A stretch of 64,000 nucleotides of DNA. Source: an uncultured Nitrospiraceae bacterium (GTDB lineage Bacteria; Nitrospirota; Nitrospiria; Nitrospirales; Nitrospiraceae). The notes beneath the pieces were generated by a model, which was not told where the DNA came from, did no database searches, and was given only the letters and a program-made list of their open reading frames with translations. Within the stretch, counting starts at the first letter, position 1, and the number at the start of each line of letters is the position of its first letter. Location: the NCBI GenBank assembly GCA_963846575.1, contig CAWJWJ010000002.1:1728001-1792000 (forward strand), given 5' to 3'. This document shows positions 1-10,204 of this stretch, one piece after another. The position numbers and the translations under genes are program-made.

Positions 1-1
1 C

Positions 2-901
2 GTCGGCGACGTCATGGTCGACATTGCGCATTGGTTGATCCGCTATAAGAAGGTCGAGCGGGTCACTGCCATCGCCCGCCGCGGTCCAGCCGAACGAAAA
101 TATAATCCCAAAGAAATTCGTGCCGTCTGTTCGAATATGGACACGGAGGGCATCGCGCAGGAGTTTGCACGCATCAAGGACCGGTTGGCGGCGGTGGGAC
201 AGAATACCGACGAAATCCTGGCCAGCTTGACCGCCGAGTTCACGAAGTGTGAATCGACGGGCAGCCAATCCAAAATGAGCTTTCGGTTCTTGGCCTCCCC
301 CAAGCGAGTGTTGGTCGACGCCAACAACCGCGTGCGCGCACTTGAGATGGAAGATAACAAGTTGGAGCCGAAGGGAGACGACACTGCCGCGGTCGGACTC
401 AAACAGTATTACGAGTTCCCGGTGGACAGCGTCGTGTTTGCAGTAGGAGATCGGGTCGATGAAACCGTCGGGTTGCCCTACAAAAACGGCGTGTATGTCA
501 CCAATCCCAACAAAACCGGAAACGACCCGGATGACGCCCTGTTTCAGGCCTATGATGACAAATCCGGAAAGATCATTGACGGTCTCTTCCTGGCCGGCTG
601 GGCTCGCAAAGCCAGCGAAGGTCTCGTGGGGATTGCCAAGCGTGATGGTGATTGGTGCGCCGAAGTCATCGGCCGCTACTTGGCGACTAACGCCTCCCGT
701 CCACGGGCAGCGATGGCTGACGTCATCACCAAACTCAACACCCTCTTGAAGGACCGGAAAAGTCAGCCGGTAGACCTTGACGGGCTCCGAATCTTAGAGA
801 CAATCGAGAAAACCCATGCCGACTCCCCCGATGCCATCGGCGAATTTAAGTTTGCTTCGAACGCCGACATGTTAGGCCATATTGAGCGAGGTCGCAGGTA
901 G
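2..901 (+). CDS. FAD-dependent oxidoreductase, ferredoxin/adrenodoxin-NADP+ reductase-like (5' truncated by window edge)
   Basis: Frame open from base 2. VGDVMVDIA (GxGNVAxDxA-like), ARRGP, FRFLASP and LAGWARKASEGLVG motifs of the FprA/AdxR family. Confidence 0.75.
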   Translation, partial: VGDVMVDIAHWLIRYKKVERVTAIARRGPAERKYNPKEIRAVCSNMDTEGIAQEFARIKDRLAAVGQNTDEILASLTAEFTKCESTGSQSKMSFRFLASPKRVLVDANNRVRALEMEDNKLEPKGDDTAAVGLKQYYEFPVDSVVFAVGDRVDETVGLPYKNGVYVTNPNKTGNDPDDALFQAYDDKSGKIIDGLFLAGWARKASEGLVGIAKRDGDWCAEVIGRYLATNASRPRAAMADVITKLNTLLKDRKSQPVDLDGLRILETIEKTHADSPDAIGEFKFASNADMLGHIERGRR

Positions 902-915
902 CCCTCGCAACCTGT

Positions 916-1776
916 TCAGGCGTCACCCCATTTGAGTTTCTCCCGTAGCACCTCGTAATAACTGCTCTCAGGAAAACGAATCAGTCGGGTCAGGTATTCG
1001 GACACTTTGATTTCAACCGTATCACCTTGAGTCAAGGCGACGCCGACCTGACCATCAAGCGTGGCCATGGCTCCGTCATCTCTACTTGTCAGCACCACCT
1101 CGATATCGACATTGTCGGGAACGATCAAGGGTCGATGCGTTAACGTGTGTGGACAGACGGGGGTAAGAATCAGTGAGTGCACAGCCGGATTAATGATGGG
1201 ACCACCCGCCGAGAGTGAGTACGCCGTGGATCCGGTCGGCGTGCTGATGATCAGTCCGTCGCCCCGCAGGTTAGTCACAAATTGCCCTTGAAGGGCGATC
1301 TTCAACTCGATCATTCTGGCCAGCGTCCCTTTGCTGATCACCACGTCATTGAGAACGACGCCGCGGGCGACTGTTTCTCCATGACGATGCACGTGGGTTT
1401 TCAGCATGAGCCGCTCGTCAAGCACGTAATCATTGGCGAACACCCGCTCAAGCGACGGATACAAATTTTCGAGGATGACTTCGGTCAGGAATCCCAATCC
1501 CCCCATATTTACCCCGAGAATTGGAATGCCTCGCTCTCCGGCCAGCCGGGCAGCGTTGAGCATCGTTCCGTCACCCCCCAAGACGAGTAAGACGTCCGCC
1601 TTGCTCGCCAGCTGAGTTTTCTGAAATCCACCTTGCTCCCCGAGTAGCGTGGTCGAGGTGGTATCCAGGAGAACATCGATATGACGAGAGCGAAGCCACG
1701 TGACCACGGCCTGGACAGTGGTTTTGATTTCCGGAAACTTCGGTTTTGTGAGAATTCCGATGCTTTTGCTTTTCAT
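916..1776 (-). CDS. nadK: NAD kinase
   Basis: GGDGT, GVNMGGLGFL, ND and GDGLIISTPTGSTAYSLSAGGP motifs. Confidence 0.97.
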   Translation of the reverse strand: MKSKSIGILTKPKFPEIKTTVQAVVTWLRSRHIDVLLDTTSTTLLGEQGGFQKTQLASKADVLLVLGGDGTMLNAARLAGERGIPILGVNMGGLGFLTEVILENLYPSLERVFANDYVLDERLMLKTHVHRHGETVARGVVLNDVVISKGTLARMIELKIALQGQFVTNLRGDGLIISTPTGSTAYSLSAGGPIINPAVHSLILTPVCPHTLTHRPLIVPDNVDIEVVLTSRDDGAMATLDGQVGVALTQGDTVEIKVSEYLTRLIRFPESSYYEVLREKLKWGDA

Positions 1777-1827
1777 AATAGATGAAACCGCGGCGGTGCT
1801 AGTTGAGGGCTGGCTGAAAGGTGGAGG

Positions 1828-1857
1828 ATTCTATCGGGATGATTCTTTTCCTGTCAA
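1828..1857 (-). promoter_or_regulatory. sigma70-like promoter for nadK
   Basis: TTGACA-N18-TAGAAT on the minus strand. Confidence 0.6.
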
Positions 1858-1945
1858 ACATGCGGCCGTATACGCAAACGCAGAGTCAATCCTTCAAAAA
1901 CTCATTCCAACACGCTTCGACGGACTCTGCCATTTCCTCAATACC

Positions 1946-1974
1946 TTGACACCCCAAATTGCTCTAGTTAGAAT
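1946..1974 (+). promoter_or_regulatory. sigma70-like promoter for clpC
   Basis: TTGACA-N17-TAGAAT. Confidence 0.7.
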
Positions 1975-2064
1975 CACAACATCAGAATTTTTTAAGCCTT
2001 TTGACGCGTATTTCTCTTTCAGCTAAGGCTTCTCTTACAGGCCCCATCACCATAAGGAGGCGGG

Positions 2065-4494
2065 ATGTTCGAACGGTTCACGGACAAGGGTCGCAAGATC
2101 ATCATCCTGGCACGTGAAGAAGCCGAGCGCCATCAGAATGACTATCTGGGCACCGAACACTTGGTGCTGGCCATCCTTCGAGAGACGGATGGAATTGCGC
2201 TAATGATCCTCAAAAAAATGGGGCTCTCGACGGAACAGATCCGGCTTGAAATCGAGCGGAATCTCCCGGGCGGCGGCACGACCATGACATTCGGGGAGAT
2301 TCCATTCAGCCCCCGGGTGAAAAAAGTCATCGAGTACGGGGTCGAAGAGGCCCGACTGCTCGGACATAACCACATCGGCAGCGAACATTTACTGCTGGGT
2401 TTGCTCCGTGAAGAGGAGGGTATCGGGGGGAAGATTCTCCGCAGTCTCGGGGCAAATCTTCTCACAGCCCGACAGCTCACCGTCACGTTTCTGCGAAAAT
2501 CTGCTCCCCGCGAGCGGGATCGCAAAAGCAATACTCCGGCACTCGACGAATTCGGTCGCGATTTAACTCAACTGGCTCAGGAAGGACAGTTGGATCCCGT
2601 CATCGGACGTGCCGATGAGATTGAACGGGTCCTCCAGATCCTCAGCCGTCGGTCGAAAAACAATCCCGTCCTCATCGGCGAATCCGGAGTCGGAAAGACT
2701 GCGATCGTCGAAGGGCTCGCGCAACGGATAGTCGCATCAGAAGTTCCGGACAATCTCCTCTCGCGACGGGTCATTGCACTGGACTTAGGCTCGCTCGTAG
2801 CTGGTACCAAGTACCGCGGACAATTCGAAGAGCGCCTGAAGGTCGTGATGAAGGAAATTGTTCAGGCCGGGAACATCATCATCTTCATCGACGAGCTGCA
2901 TACCCTCGTAGGAGCCGGAGCGGCTGAAGGATCGATCGATGCTTCCAATATGCTGAAGCCGGCACTGTCTCGCGGCGAAATCCAGTGTATCGGAGCAACG
3001 ACGCTGGACGAATACCGTAAACATATCGAGAAAGACGGTGCGCTCAAGCGCCGGTTTCAACCGATCCATGTGCAGCCTCCGAGCACGGATGAAACGGTTC
3101 GCATCATCCAGGGGCTGCGGGATCGGTATGAGGAACACCATGGCGTCGAGATCACCGAAGACGCCATCGTCGAAGCGGTCAAGCTGGCAGATCGGTACAT
3201 CACTGACCGATTTCTTCCTGACAAGGCTATCGACCTTATCGACGAAACGGGTTCACGCGCGAAGTTGCAAACCTATGCACTGCCGTCTGAGCTGAAGGCT
3301 TTGGAACAGGAACTGAAAAAGATCTCGCGTGAGAAGGAGTTGGCGATCTCGATGCAAAACTTCGAGGAAGCCGTCCGCCATCGGGAAGAAGAAGAGCGGT
3401 TGCGAAAACTGTTGGATGAATCCAAACGCGAGTGGAAGAAAAATCAGGAGAAGCACAAGCCGACCATCGGCAAAGAAGAAGTCGCCTATGTCGTGTCAAA
3501 AATGACCGGCATTCCGCTCTTCAAGTTGGAGGAAGAAGAGTCCAACAAGTTACTGCGAATGGAAGAGTTTCTCCACAAGCGGGTGATCGGGCAGAATGAA
3601 GCCATCTCGGCGGTGGCCCGGGCCATTCGCCGATCCAGAGCAGGCCTGAAGGAAGCCAAGAAACCGATCGGGTCCTTCATTTTCCTCGGCCCGACCGGTG
3701 TCGGAAAAACTGAGTTGGCGCGTACACTTGCTGAATTTCTCTTTAACAGCGAAGACGCCCTTATCCGCATTGACATGTCTGAATACCAGGAGAAATTCAC
3801 GAGTTCGAGGTTGTTTGGAGCGCCTCCTGGCTATGTCGGTTATGAAGAGGGTGGTCAGCTGACAGAGAAAGTGCGCCGCCGGCCGTATTCAGTGGTGCTG
3901 TTCGACGAAATAGAAAAAGCACATCCCGACGTATTCAACGTTTTGCTCCAGGTGCTCGACGATGGCGTCCTGACGGACAGTCTTGGAAGAAAAGTCGATT
4001 TCAAGAATACTGTCGTCATTATGACGTCTAACATCGGTACCAAGTTAATTCAAAAGGGTGTCTCGCTCGGGTTCCAAAATGACGAGAAGGGCGGGCAGCT
4101 CCTGCGTCGAAAGGAAGAAGTGATGGGGGAACTCAAACGTTCCTTCAGTCCTGAATTCCTAAACCGGATCGATGAAATCGTCATCTTCCATTCGCTTGAA
4201 AAAGAGCACTTGATCCATATCTTGGACATCCTGCTGCACGAGCTTAATCTCCGCCTCATCGAGAAGAGTGTTACAATCGAGGTCGATGACGAAGTCAAGC
4301 AGTGGCTCATCAAGGAAGGTTACGAGCCGCTCTACGGAGCCCGTCCGATGCGCCGCATCATCCAACGAGCCATCGGTGATCCATTATCAGAAGAACTCAT
4401 CAAGGGCCGGTTCAAAGAAAACAGGAAAATCAAGGTCGTGCTGCGCGATGGCGCACCGGCCTTCATCGAGCAGGAAGCCATGGCGAGCGTGTAA
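2065..4494 (+). CDS. clpC: ATP-dependent Clp protease ATP-binding subunit ClpC
   Basis: MFERFT N-domain repeats, two AAA+ modules ([16 protein letters not shown]), UVR-like middle domain, LGF ClpP-docking loop, strong SD AAGGAGG. Confidence 0.96.
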   Translation: MFERFTDKGRKIIILAREEAERHQNDYLGTEHLVLAILRETDGIALMILKKMGLSTEQIRLEIERNLPGGGTTMTFGEIPFSPRVKKVIEYGVEEARLLGHNHIGSEHLLLGLLREEEGIGGKILRSLGANLLTARQLTVTFLRKSAPRERDRKSNTPALDEFGRDLTQLAQEGQLDPVIGRADEIERVLQILSRRSKNNPVLIGESGVGKTAIVEGLAQRIVASEVPDNLLSRRVIALDLGSLVAGTKYRGQFEERLKVVMKEIVQAGNIIIFIDELHTLVGAGAAEGSIDASNMLKPALSRGEIQCIGATTLDEYRKHIEKDGALKRRFQPIHVQPPSTDETVRIIQGLRDRYEEHHGVEITEDAIVEAVKLADRYITDRFLPDKAIDLIDETGSRAKLQTYALPSELKALEQELKKISREKELAISMQNFEEAVRHREEEERLRKLLDESKREWKKNQEKHKPTIGKEEVAYVVSKMTGIPLFKLEEEESNKLLRMEEFLHKRVIGQNEAISAVARAIRRSRAGLKEAKKPIGSFIFLGPTGVGKTELARTLAEFLFNSEDALIRIDMSEYQEKFTSSRLFGAPPGYVGYEEGGQLTEKVRRRPYSVVLFDEIEKAHPDVFNVLLQVLDDGVLTDSLGRKVDFKNTVVIMTSNIGTKLIQKGVSLGFQNDEKGGQLLRRKEEVMGELKRSFSPEFLNRIDEIVIFHSLEKEHLIHILDILLHELNLRLIEKSVTIEVDDEVKQWLIKEGYEPLYGARPMRRIIQRAIGDPLSEELIKGRFKENRKIKVVLRDGAPAFIEQEAMASV

Positions 4495-4550
4495 CCCGTA
4501 GCACTCTCCTATGGTCGGGGTCCAATCGTAGGTGATGATCCTGCATCAGT

Positions 4551-4596
4551 CGGCAACCCCCGCGGTCTTAACTTGGATCCGGGGGTTGTCGCATTT
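4551..4596 (+). terminator. putative terminator hairpin after clpC
   Basis: Inverted repeat cggcaacccccg ... cgggggttgtcg with only a weak U tract. Confidence 0.45.
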
Positions 4597-4726
4597 CATA
4601 ACGAATCAACGGATGAACCAATATGCAGCTTGAGCCTATCCTGTCGCACCCGCCGCCGTCGGATGGTTGGCATGTCCGTCTGCGCCCTGCGAGGACAGTG
4701 CCGACCCTGCGTATGCCGTCAGCTCT

Positions 4727-5797
4727 ATGAGGAGCCCTGGAACCCTCCCAGTTCAGGGCCCAATACTCGGTGTCGAAACCTCCTGTGATGAGACCGCCGC
4801 AGCGATTCTCGACACCAACGGTCACGTGCTGGCCAACATCATTTCCTCTCAGCACACCGTGCACGAGCGATTCGGCGGCGTGGTGCCGGAACTGGCGTCG
4901 CGCGCCCATATTCAAAATGTTGACGAGGTCATAAGACGAGCGCTTCAAGTAGCGGGACTTGCCTGGCAGGATCTCAGTGCCGTCGCTGTGACCCAGGGCC
5001 CCGGTTTGGCCGGCGCCCTCCTTGTGGGAATCAGTTACGCCAAATCGCTGGCCTATGCCTTGAACATCCCTCTGGTCGGCGTGAACCACCTTGAGGGGCA
5101 TATCGCTTCAGCCTGGATCGACCGGCCCTCCTTTCCTCGAACCTGCGTTGTGCTGATCGCCTCCGGCGGGCACACGCACCTCTTTCATGCCCGGGAGGAC
5201 GGCGCGTTTCGCCTGATGGGAAAAACCATCGACGACGCGGCAGGAGAGGCCTTCGATAAGGGCGCGCAGATGTTAGGACTTGGGCATCCGGGCGGCCCGC
5301 TTATTGACCGGACCGCTCGCAGCGGCCGTCCCGATGCCGTGCGGTTTCCCCGCTCGCGCGTCAAGACAGATCAGTTAGACTTCAGCTTCAGCGGACTCAA
5401 AACGGCCCTGCTCTACCATCTTCAGCAGATGACCACCCAGGCGATCGCTGACCAGCGTGCCGACCTCTCAGCCGGCTACCAGGAAGCAATAGTAGATGTG
5501 CTCGTCCGTCAGGCATTCGCGGCCGTGGAACGGGCGGGAGTCTCGGCGCTGGCCGTCGTGGGTGGCGTCTCCGCCAATTCGCGCTTACGGGCGAAGTTGG
5601 CGGCCCGAGCAACCGAAGAAGGCATTGAACTGGGTCTGCCGGCTCTGTCCTATTGCACCGACAATGCGGCGATGATTGCCGCTGCAGGCCGACAGGCACT
5701 TCTATGTGGACGAGTGGCCGGTTTCGATTGCGAGGCTAGACCCGATTTTACCTTACCCGTCTCAGCGGGCGGACCCGTCCTCATCACCGGGCTGTGA
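4727..5797 (+). CDS. tsaD: tRNA N6-adenosine threonylcarbamoyltransferase
   Basis: LGVETSCDET, GGVVPELASRAH, NHLEGH, SGGHT, DDAAGEAFDK and CTDNAAMIA motifs. Start chosen at ATG 4727. Confidence 0.96.
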   Translation: MRSPGTLPVQGPILGVETSCDETAAAILDTNGHVLANIISSQHTVHERFGGVVPELASRAHIQNVDEVIRRALQVAGLAWQDLSAVAVTQGPGLAGALLVGISYAKSLAYALNIPLVGVNHLEGHIASAWIDRPSFPRTCVVLIASGGHTHLFHAREDGAFRLMGKTIDDAAGEAFDKGAQMLGLGHPGGPLIDRTARSGRPDAVRFPRSRVKTDQLDFSFSGLKTALLYHLQQMTTQAIADQRADLSAGYQEAIVDVLVRQAFAAVERAGVSALAVVGGVSANSRLRAKLAARATEEGIELGLPALSYCTDNAAMIAAAGRQALLCGRVAGFDCEARPDFTLPVSAGGPVLITGL

Positions 5798-5822
5798 CAT
5801 TTACTTATCAAGGAGCAGGACC

Positions 5823-7517
5823 ATCTCAACCATTCACGGACAAGTCAGCGGACTGAAAGCCAGTCACCTCTCGGCGTTAGAGCGACTCTATCGGCGACGT
5901 GTACCGTCGTCGGTCATCATCACCAGTGAGCTGGCGCGCACCGCCTGCCAACTCACGCGGGACATCCGCCGACCCATCGGAATCTTGCTCACGCGGCGGG
6001 GCGTGGTGGAACAGGTGCTGGTGGGAGCCAGATGCGCTCCCACCCATGAATCGCTGACCAAATTCAGGGTCGGGCCACACTCTCTTCGCGGCCTACGATT
6101 GATCCGCACCCAGCTCGATAATACCCCGCTGACCCAGGAGGATTTGACCCAACTGGCCCTGCTGCGACTTGATATGGTGGGTGTGTTAGGAGTGGACGAC
6201 TCCGGCGAACCGAACCTCCTCCATTTAGGCCACCTCTTGCCTCCGAACCAGCAGAAGGAAGTCTGCCGGATCTTGCCGGCCGTCTCGTTCCATAACCTGG
6301 ATCTTGAATTTGATACCTTCATCCATACACTCGATAACGACCTCCTCAACTCGGATACGCGTCACGCTGTCGGCGACGGCAAGGAGTCGGCCATTCTTGT
6401 GAGTGCCGCGCCGAAAAGTCATGCCGAACAGGAAGAGCACCTGGAAGAGCTGAATGAACTTGCCGAGTCGGCCGGAGTGGTCGTCCTGGACCGGATTCTG
6501 CAGCGAACCCAGGAAGAGTACCAGCCGTTTCTCCTCGGACGTGGAAAACTCAAAGAGGTGGTCATTCGTGCACTCCAGCAAGGTGCCGAGTTGTTGATCT
6601 TCGATCAGGACTTGGCCCCCGCGCAGGCTCGCGCTATTTCCGAGGTGACCGATATTAAGGTCATTGATCGCACCCAACTCATCCTCGACATTTTCGCCCG
6701 CCGGGCGCATACCCGGGAGGGCAAAGTGCAGGTAGAACTCGCGCAACTCCGGTATCTTCTTCCGCGCCTCTCCGGGCACGGCACCTCGTTATCGCGACTC
6801 GGAGGCGGGATCGGCACGAGAGGGCCTGGTGAAACCAAACTCGAAACGGATCGCCGCCGCATTCGTGACCGCATAGCCCATCTGGAACGGGAAATCGAGC
6901 ATATGGCTCGTCATCAAGATCAACGCCGGTCGCGCCGGCTCCGGCAGGACCTGCCGATTCTTTCCATTGTCGGCTATACGAACGCCGGCAAATCCACGCT
7001 CCTCAACACGCTGACCCATAGCGATGTCCCGGCACAGAACCGTTTGTTTGAAACACTCGACACCACCAGCCGTCGCCTCCGATTCCCTCATGATCGGGAG
7101 GTCATCATAACCGATACGGTCGGGTTCATCAGGGATCTTCCCAAAGACCTCGTCGGCGCCTTCCGCACAACCCTCGACGAATTGCGGGATGCCGATATAC
7201 TCTTGCATGTGATCGATGCCACGGCTAAACAGATTGATCTGCAAATCACCGCAGTTGAAACAATTTTGCGCTCGCTCGAGTTGGACAGCATTCCCCGGGT
7301 GTTGATTCTAAACAAATGCGACCGGCTCTCTGTCCACGATTCCCTAGTACTGTGCGAGCGCTATCACGCGATCGGCATTTCTGCGCCTCACCGTGACTCG
7401 CTACGCCCGCTGATCACGCACCTTGAAAGTATGCTCCCCGCCATTCCAGCCCCCCCGGTTCAGGATGAAAACCCTGAACAGCCTCCCCCAAACCTGGCGC
7501 TTGCATCTCATTCCTGA
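5823..7517 (+). CDS. hflX: GTPase HflX with N-terminal extension; probable non-canonical ATC start
   Basis: GYTNAGKS, DTVGF, NKCD and GPGETKLE motifs. AGGAG lies 7 nt before ATC 5823. The ORF track opens at 5676, inside tsaD. Confidence 0.93.
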   Translation: MSTIHGQVSGLKASHLSALERLYRRRVPSSVIITSELARTACQLTRDIRRPIGILLTRRGVVEQVLVGARCAPTHESLTKFRVGPHSLRGLRLIRTQLDNTPLTQEDLTQLALLRLDMVGVLGVDDSGEPNLLHLGHLLPPNQQKEVCRILPAVSFHNLDLEFDTFIHTLDNDLLNSDTRHAVGDGKESAILVSAAPKSHAEQEEHLEELNELAESAGVVVLDRILQRTQEEYQPFLLGRGKLKEVVIRALQQGAELLIFDQDLAPAQARAISEVTDIKVIDRTQLILDIFARRAHTREGKVQVELAQLRYLLPRLSGHGTSLSRLGGGIGTRGPGETKLETDRRRIRDRIAHLEREIEHMARHQDQRRSRRLRQDLPILSIVGYTNAGKSTLLNTLTHSDVPAQNRLFETLDTTSRRLRFPHDREVIITDTVGFIRDLPKDLVGAFRTTLDELRDADILLHVIDATAKQIDLQITAVETILRSLELDSIPRVLILNKCDRLSVHDSLVLCERYHAIGISAPHRDSLRPLITHLESMLPAIPAPPVQDENPEQPPPNLALASHS

Positions 7518-7548
7518 CCGCTTCACAATTGGCCGCCATTCACGCATC

Positions 7549-8220
7549 ATGAAACAAGCTGTCGCCCATGCCCCTTCTGTCCGGACGCATAAAACCCGGA
7601 TCGCCAGAGTACTGACTGCGTTGCGATCATCGATGTCCGACATGAAGGTCGAACTTCACCACCGCAATCCATGGGAGCTGCTCGTGGCCACCATTCTTTC
7701 AGCTCAGTGCACTGATCAGCGGGTCAATCAGGTGACGCCGAACCTCTTTCGGCGATACCGCTGTCCCCGTGACTATGCCGAAGCGAGTCCCGCAGAGCTG
7801 GAGGCTTTCATTCGTCCGACCGGATTCTTCAAGACCAAAGCGAAGAATCTCATTCAGTGCGCTAAAGTCCTGACAGACCACTACGGTGAGCAGGTCCCAG
7901 ACAGCATGGAGACCCTCACGGCCTTGCCGGGGGTCGGAAGAAAAACCGCCAATGTCATTCTAGGCAATGCGTTCGGCAAGCCGGCAGTGGTAGTCGATAC
8001 GCATGTGAAACGGGTCGCGGGGCGGCTTCAGTTCACCAGACACACCGATCCGACCAAGATCGAATGGGATCTTCAAGAGTTGCTGCCAGAAAAACACTGG
8101 ACGGAAGCATCGCAACGGCTCCTTCTGCATGGGCGATATATCTGCCTGGCTCGATCACCGAAATGTGACCGGTGTGCGTTGTACACCGATTGCCATTGGG
8201 AGGGGAAGCAAACACGATGA
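7549..8220 (+). CDS. nth: endonuclease III
   Basis: LLVATILSAQCTD, HhH LPGVGRKTA, VVDTHV, C-terminal CX6CX2CX5C Fe-S motif. Confidence 0.96.
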   Translation: MKQAVAHAPSVRTHKTRIARVLTALRSSMSDMKVELHHRNPWELLVATILSAQCTDQRVNQVTPNLFRRYRCPRDYAEASPAELEAFIRPTGFFKTKAKNLIQCAKVLTDHYGEQVPDSMETLTALPGVGRKTANVILGNAFGKPAVVVDTHVKRVAGRLQFTRHTDPTKIEWDLQELLPEKHWTEASQRLLLHGRYICLARSPKCDRCALYTDCHWEGKQTR

Positions 8221-9095
8221 TTCGTAGCATGACCGGGTATGGGAAAAAAGACGATTCGTCAAAGGCGGCCGGCGTGACCGTGGAACTTCGATCGGTGAAT
8301 CACCGGTTCCTGGAAGTCGCCGTCAGAGTCCCGCGCTCCCTCGCCCAACTGGAAGATCCGATACGGAAAGCCGTTCAGCAGCGCTGTCTGCGCGGGCGAG
8401 TCGACGTATCCGTGATCGTACATAACAATGGCAGCGGGCTAAAGACCGTTCAAATCGACCAGGATCTAGCGAAGCAATACCATGCAGCCCTTAAGAAGCT
8501 GCAAAAAACTTTGGGCATGCGTGGGACGGTGGACATCTCCATGCTGGCCGGATTCCGGGATATCCTCTCCCTTTCTGATCAACCGGTCGACACGGAGCGT
8601 GTGACCAAAACGGTGTTACGTGTGCTCGGGGGCGCCTTGTCGGATTTGGACCGAATGCGTCGACGAGAAGGGGAGGCGCTTGCCAAAGACCTAGCGGTTC
8701 ACTTGCAGGCAATCCGAACTGCCAAGGCTGCAGTGGCAAAAAAGGCGCCGGAACTCGCTCGGGAGGCATTTGAACGGATGACACATCGGATTCAGGCTCT
8801 CTTGCAGGGGGAGCTTCCGGATCAGGCCAGACTCCAGCAAGAATTGGCAATATTCGCCGATCGTTCAGACCTTTCGGAAGAGTTGGTCAGACTCGAGTCA
8901 CATATGCTACAGTTCGACGAGACCCTGAAGAGCAAAGAATCGGTGGGGAAGACCCTTGAGTTCCTGCTGCAGGAAATGGGGCGAGAAGTAAACACCATCG
9001 GCTCGAAGGCGAACGACGCTGACATTGCCGCGCTGGTTGTCCGCATGAAAGCGGAGCTGGAAAAATTGCGTGAACAAGTTCAGAATGTGGAGTAG
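8217..9095 (+). CDS. yicC: YicC/YloC family endoribonuclease
   Basis: MIRSMTGYG, SVNHRFLE, QEMGREVNTIGSK and REQVQNVE motifs; lies upstream of gmk. Confidence 0.93.
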   Translation: MIRSMTGYGKKDDSSKAAGVTVELRSVNHRFLEVAVRVPRSLAQLEDPIRKAVQQRCLRGRVDVSVIVHNNGSGLKTVQIDQDLAKQYHAALKKLQKTLGMRGTVDISMLAGFRDILSLSDQPVDTERVTKTVLRVLGGALSDLDRMRRREGEALAKDLAVHLQAIRTAKAAVAKKAPELAREAFERMTHRIQALLQGELPDQARLQQELAIFADRSDLSEELVRLESHMLQFDETLKSKESVGKTLEFLLQEMGREVNTIGSKANDADIAALVVRMKAELEKLREQVQNVE

Positions 9096-9126
9096 GATCA
9101 GCTGTTGCGCCGGCACTGACTAAGCT

Positions 9127-9843
9127 ATGAGCATCGCGTCCGTCCCATCCAGCGACAAACCTGTTCAAGTTCGTCGTGGTATCCTCTATGTCATTTCCGC
9201 TCCCTCGGGCAGTGGAAAGACGACGCTGTGTAAACAGATCGCCGCCAGCGTCCCCGGCCTCTGGCATTCGATCTCCTACACGACCAGAAAGCCGCGTCCC
9301 GGCGAGGTGGAAGGCCAGGATTATTATTTCCTTGATGAAGGTTCGTTCCGGGAGATGATCGATCGGAACGAATTCGTCGAGTGGGCACATGTCTATGGCA
9401 ATCTCTACGGGACTCCGCGCAAAGTTTTATCCGACAAGCTGGAACAAGGCATCGATGTGCTACTCGAAATCGACGTGCAGGGAGCACGTTCGGTGAAGAA
9501 GAGATTCGAAGACGCGGTCTACATTTTCATACTCCCTCCGTCATTCGATACCTTGCGAACGAGGCTCCAGAACAGGGCAGGGGACTCGCCGGATGAAATT
9601 CAACGTCGGCTGCACAAGGCGAAAGAAGAGGTCTGGAGTTATCGTGAGTATTACTATATCGTCCGCAACGACGACCTCAAACAGTCTCTGAAAGAGCTTG
9701 AAAGCATCTTCCTTGCGGAACGGATCAAGACCAAACGTTTGAACATGAGTTGGCTGGAAGAAAAGTTTATTCTCGACAAAGAGGGAAAGCAGGGGAATTC
9801 CTCCTCCGCCCCCGTATCAAAGGAGCATACGCATCATGGGTGA
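9127..9843 (+). CDS. gmk: guanylate kinase
   Basis: SAPSGSGKTT, TTRKPRPGEVEGQDYYF, YGT and EIDVQGA motifs. Confidence 0.96.
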   Translation: MSIASVPSSDKPVQVRRGILYVISAPSGSGKTTLCKQIAASVPGLWHSISYTTRKPRPGEVEGQDYYFLDEGSFREMIDRNEFVEWAHVYGNLYGTPRKVLSDKLEQGIDVLLEIDVQGARSVKKRFEDAVYIFILPPSFDTLRTRLQNRAGDSPDEIQRRLHKAKEEVWSYREYYYIVRNDDLKQSLKELESIFLAERIKTKRLNMSWLEEKFILDKEGKQGNSSSAPVSKEHTHHG

Positions 9844-10195
9844 AATGTTAACGCTACTGCCGCAATACGCCGCCGGGGAGTTCGATTCGCGACACCGTCT
9901 GGTAATCGTCGCTGCCCAGCGTGCCAAGCAACTGGTCCAGGGAGCGCGGGCGGCCGGCGGGACAAAGTTCACCAAAGAGACCAGCATCGCACTCGATGAA
10001 GTCTTACGGCACAAAGTGAAGTTCCTCGTGGGCAAGGAAGCCCGCGATGCGATCAAGGAATCGAAACGCGTCAAAGAAGGCGAAACGGAACGCCTGGCCA
10101 TGATGACCGGAGAGGATGCGAAGGAAATCAAGAAGGAATTGAGCGTCTACGTCGACGATACCGTCAAGCCTGCCGCCCCGGAGGGCGAGGAGTAG
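9836..10195 (+). CDS. rpoZ: RNA polymerase omega subunit (long C-terminal tail)
   Basis: DSRHRLVIVAAQRAKQL ... IALDEV; gmk-rpoZ-coaBC synteny. Confidence 0.88.
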   Translation: MGEMLTLLPQYAAGEFDSRHRLVIVAAQRAKQLVQGARAAGGTKFTKETSIALDEVLRHKVKFLVGKEARDAIKESKRVKEGETERLAMMTGEDAKEIKKELSVYVDDTVKPAAPEGEE

Positions 10196-10204
10196 TCCCA
10201 CCTC

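Noticed and set aside
4499..4525. CIRCE element (TAGCACTC) after clpC
   Set aside because: Only one half-site, no matching GAGTGCTAA, and it lies downstream of the gene.
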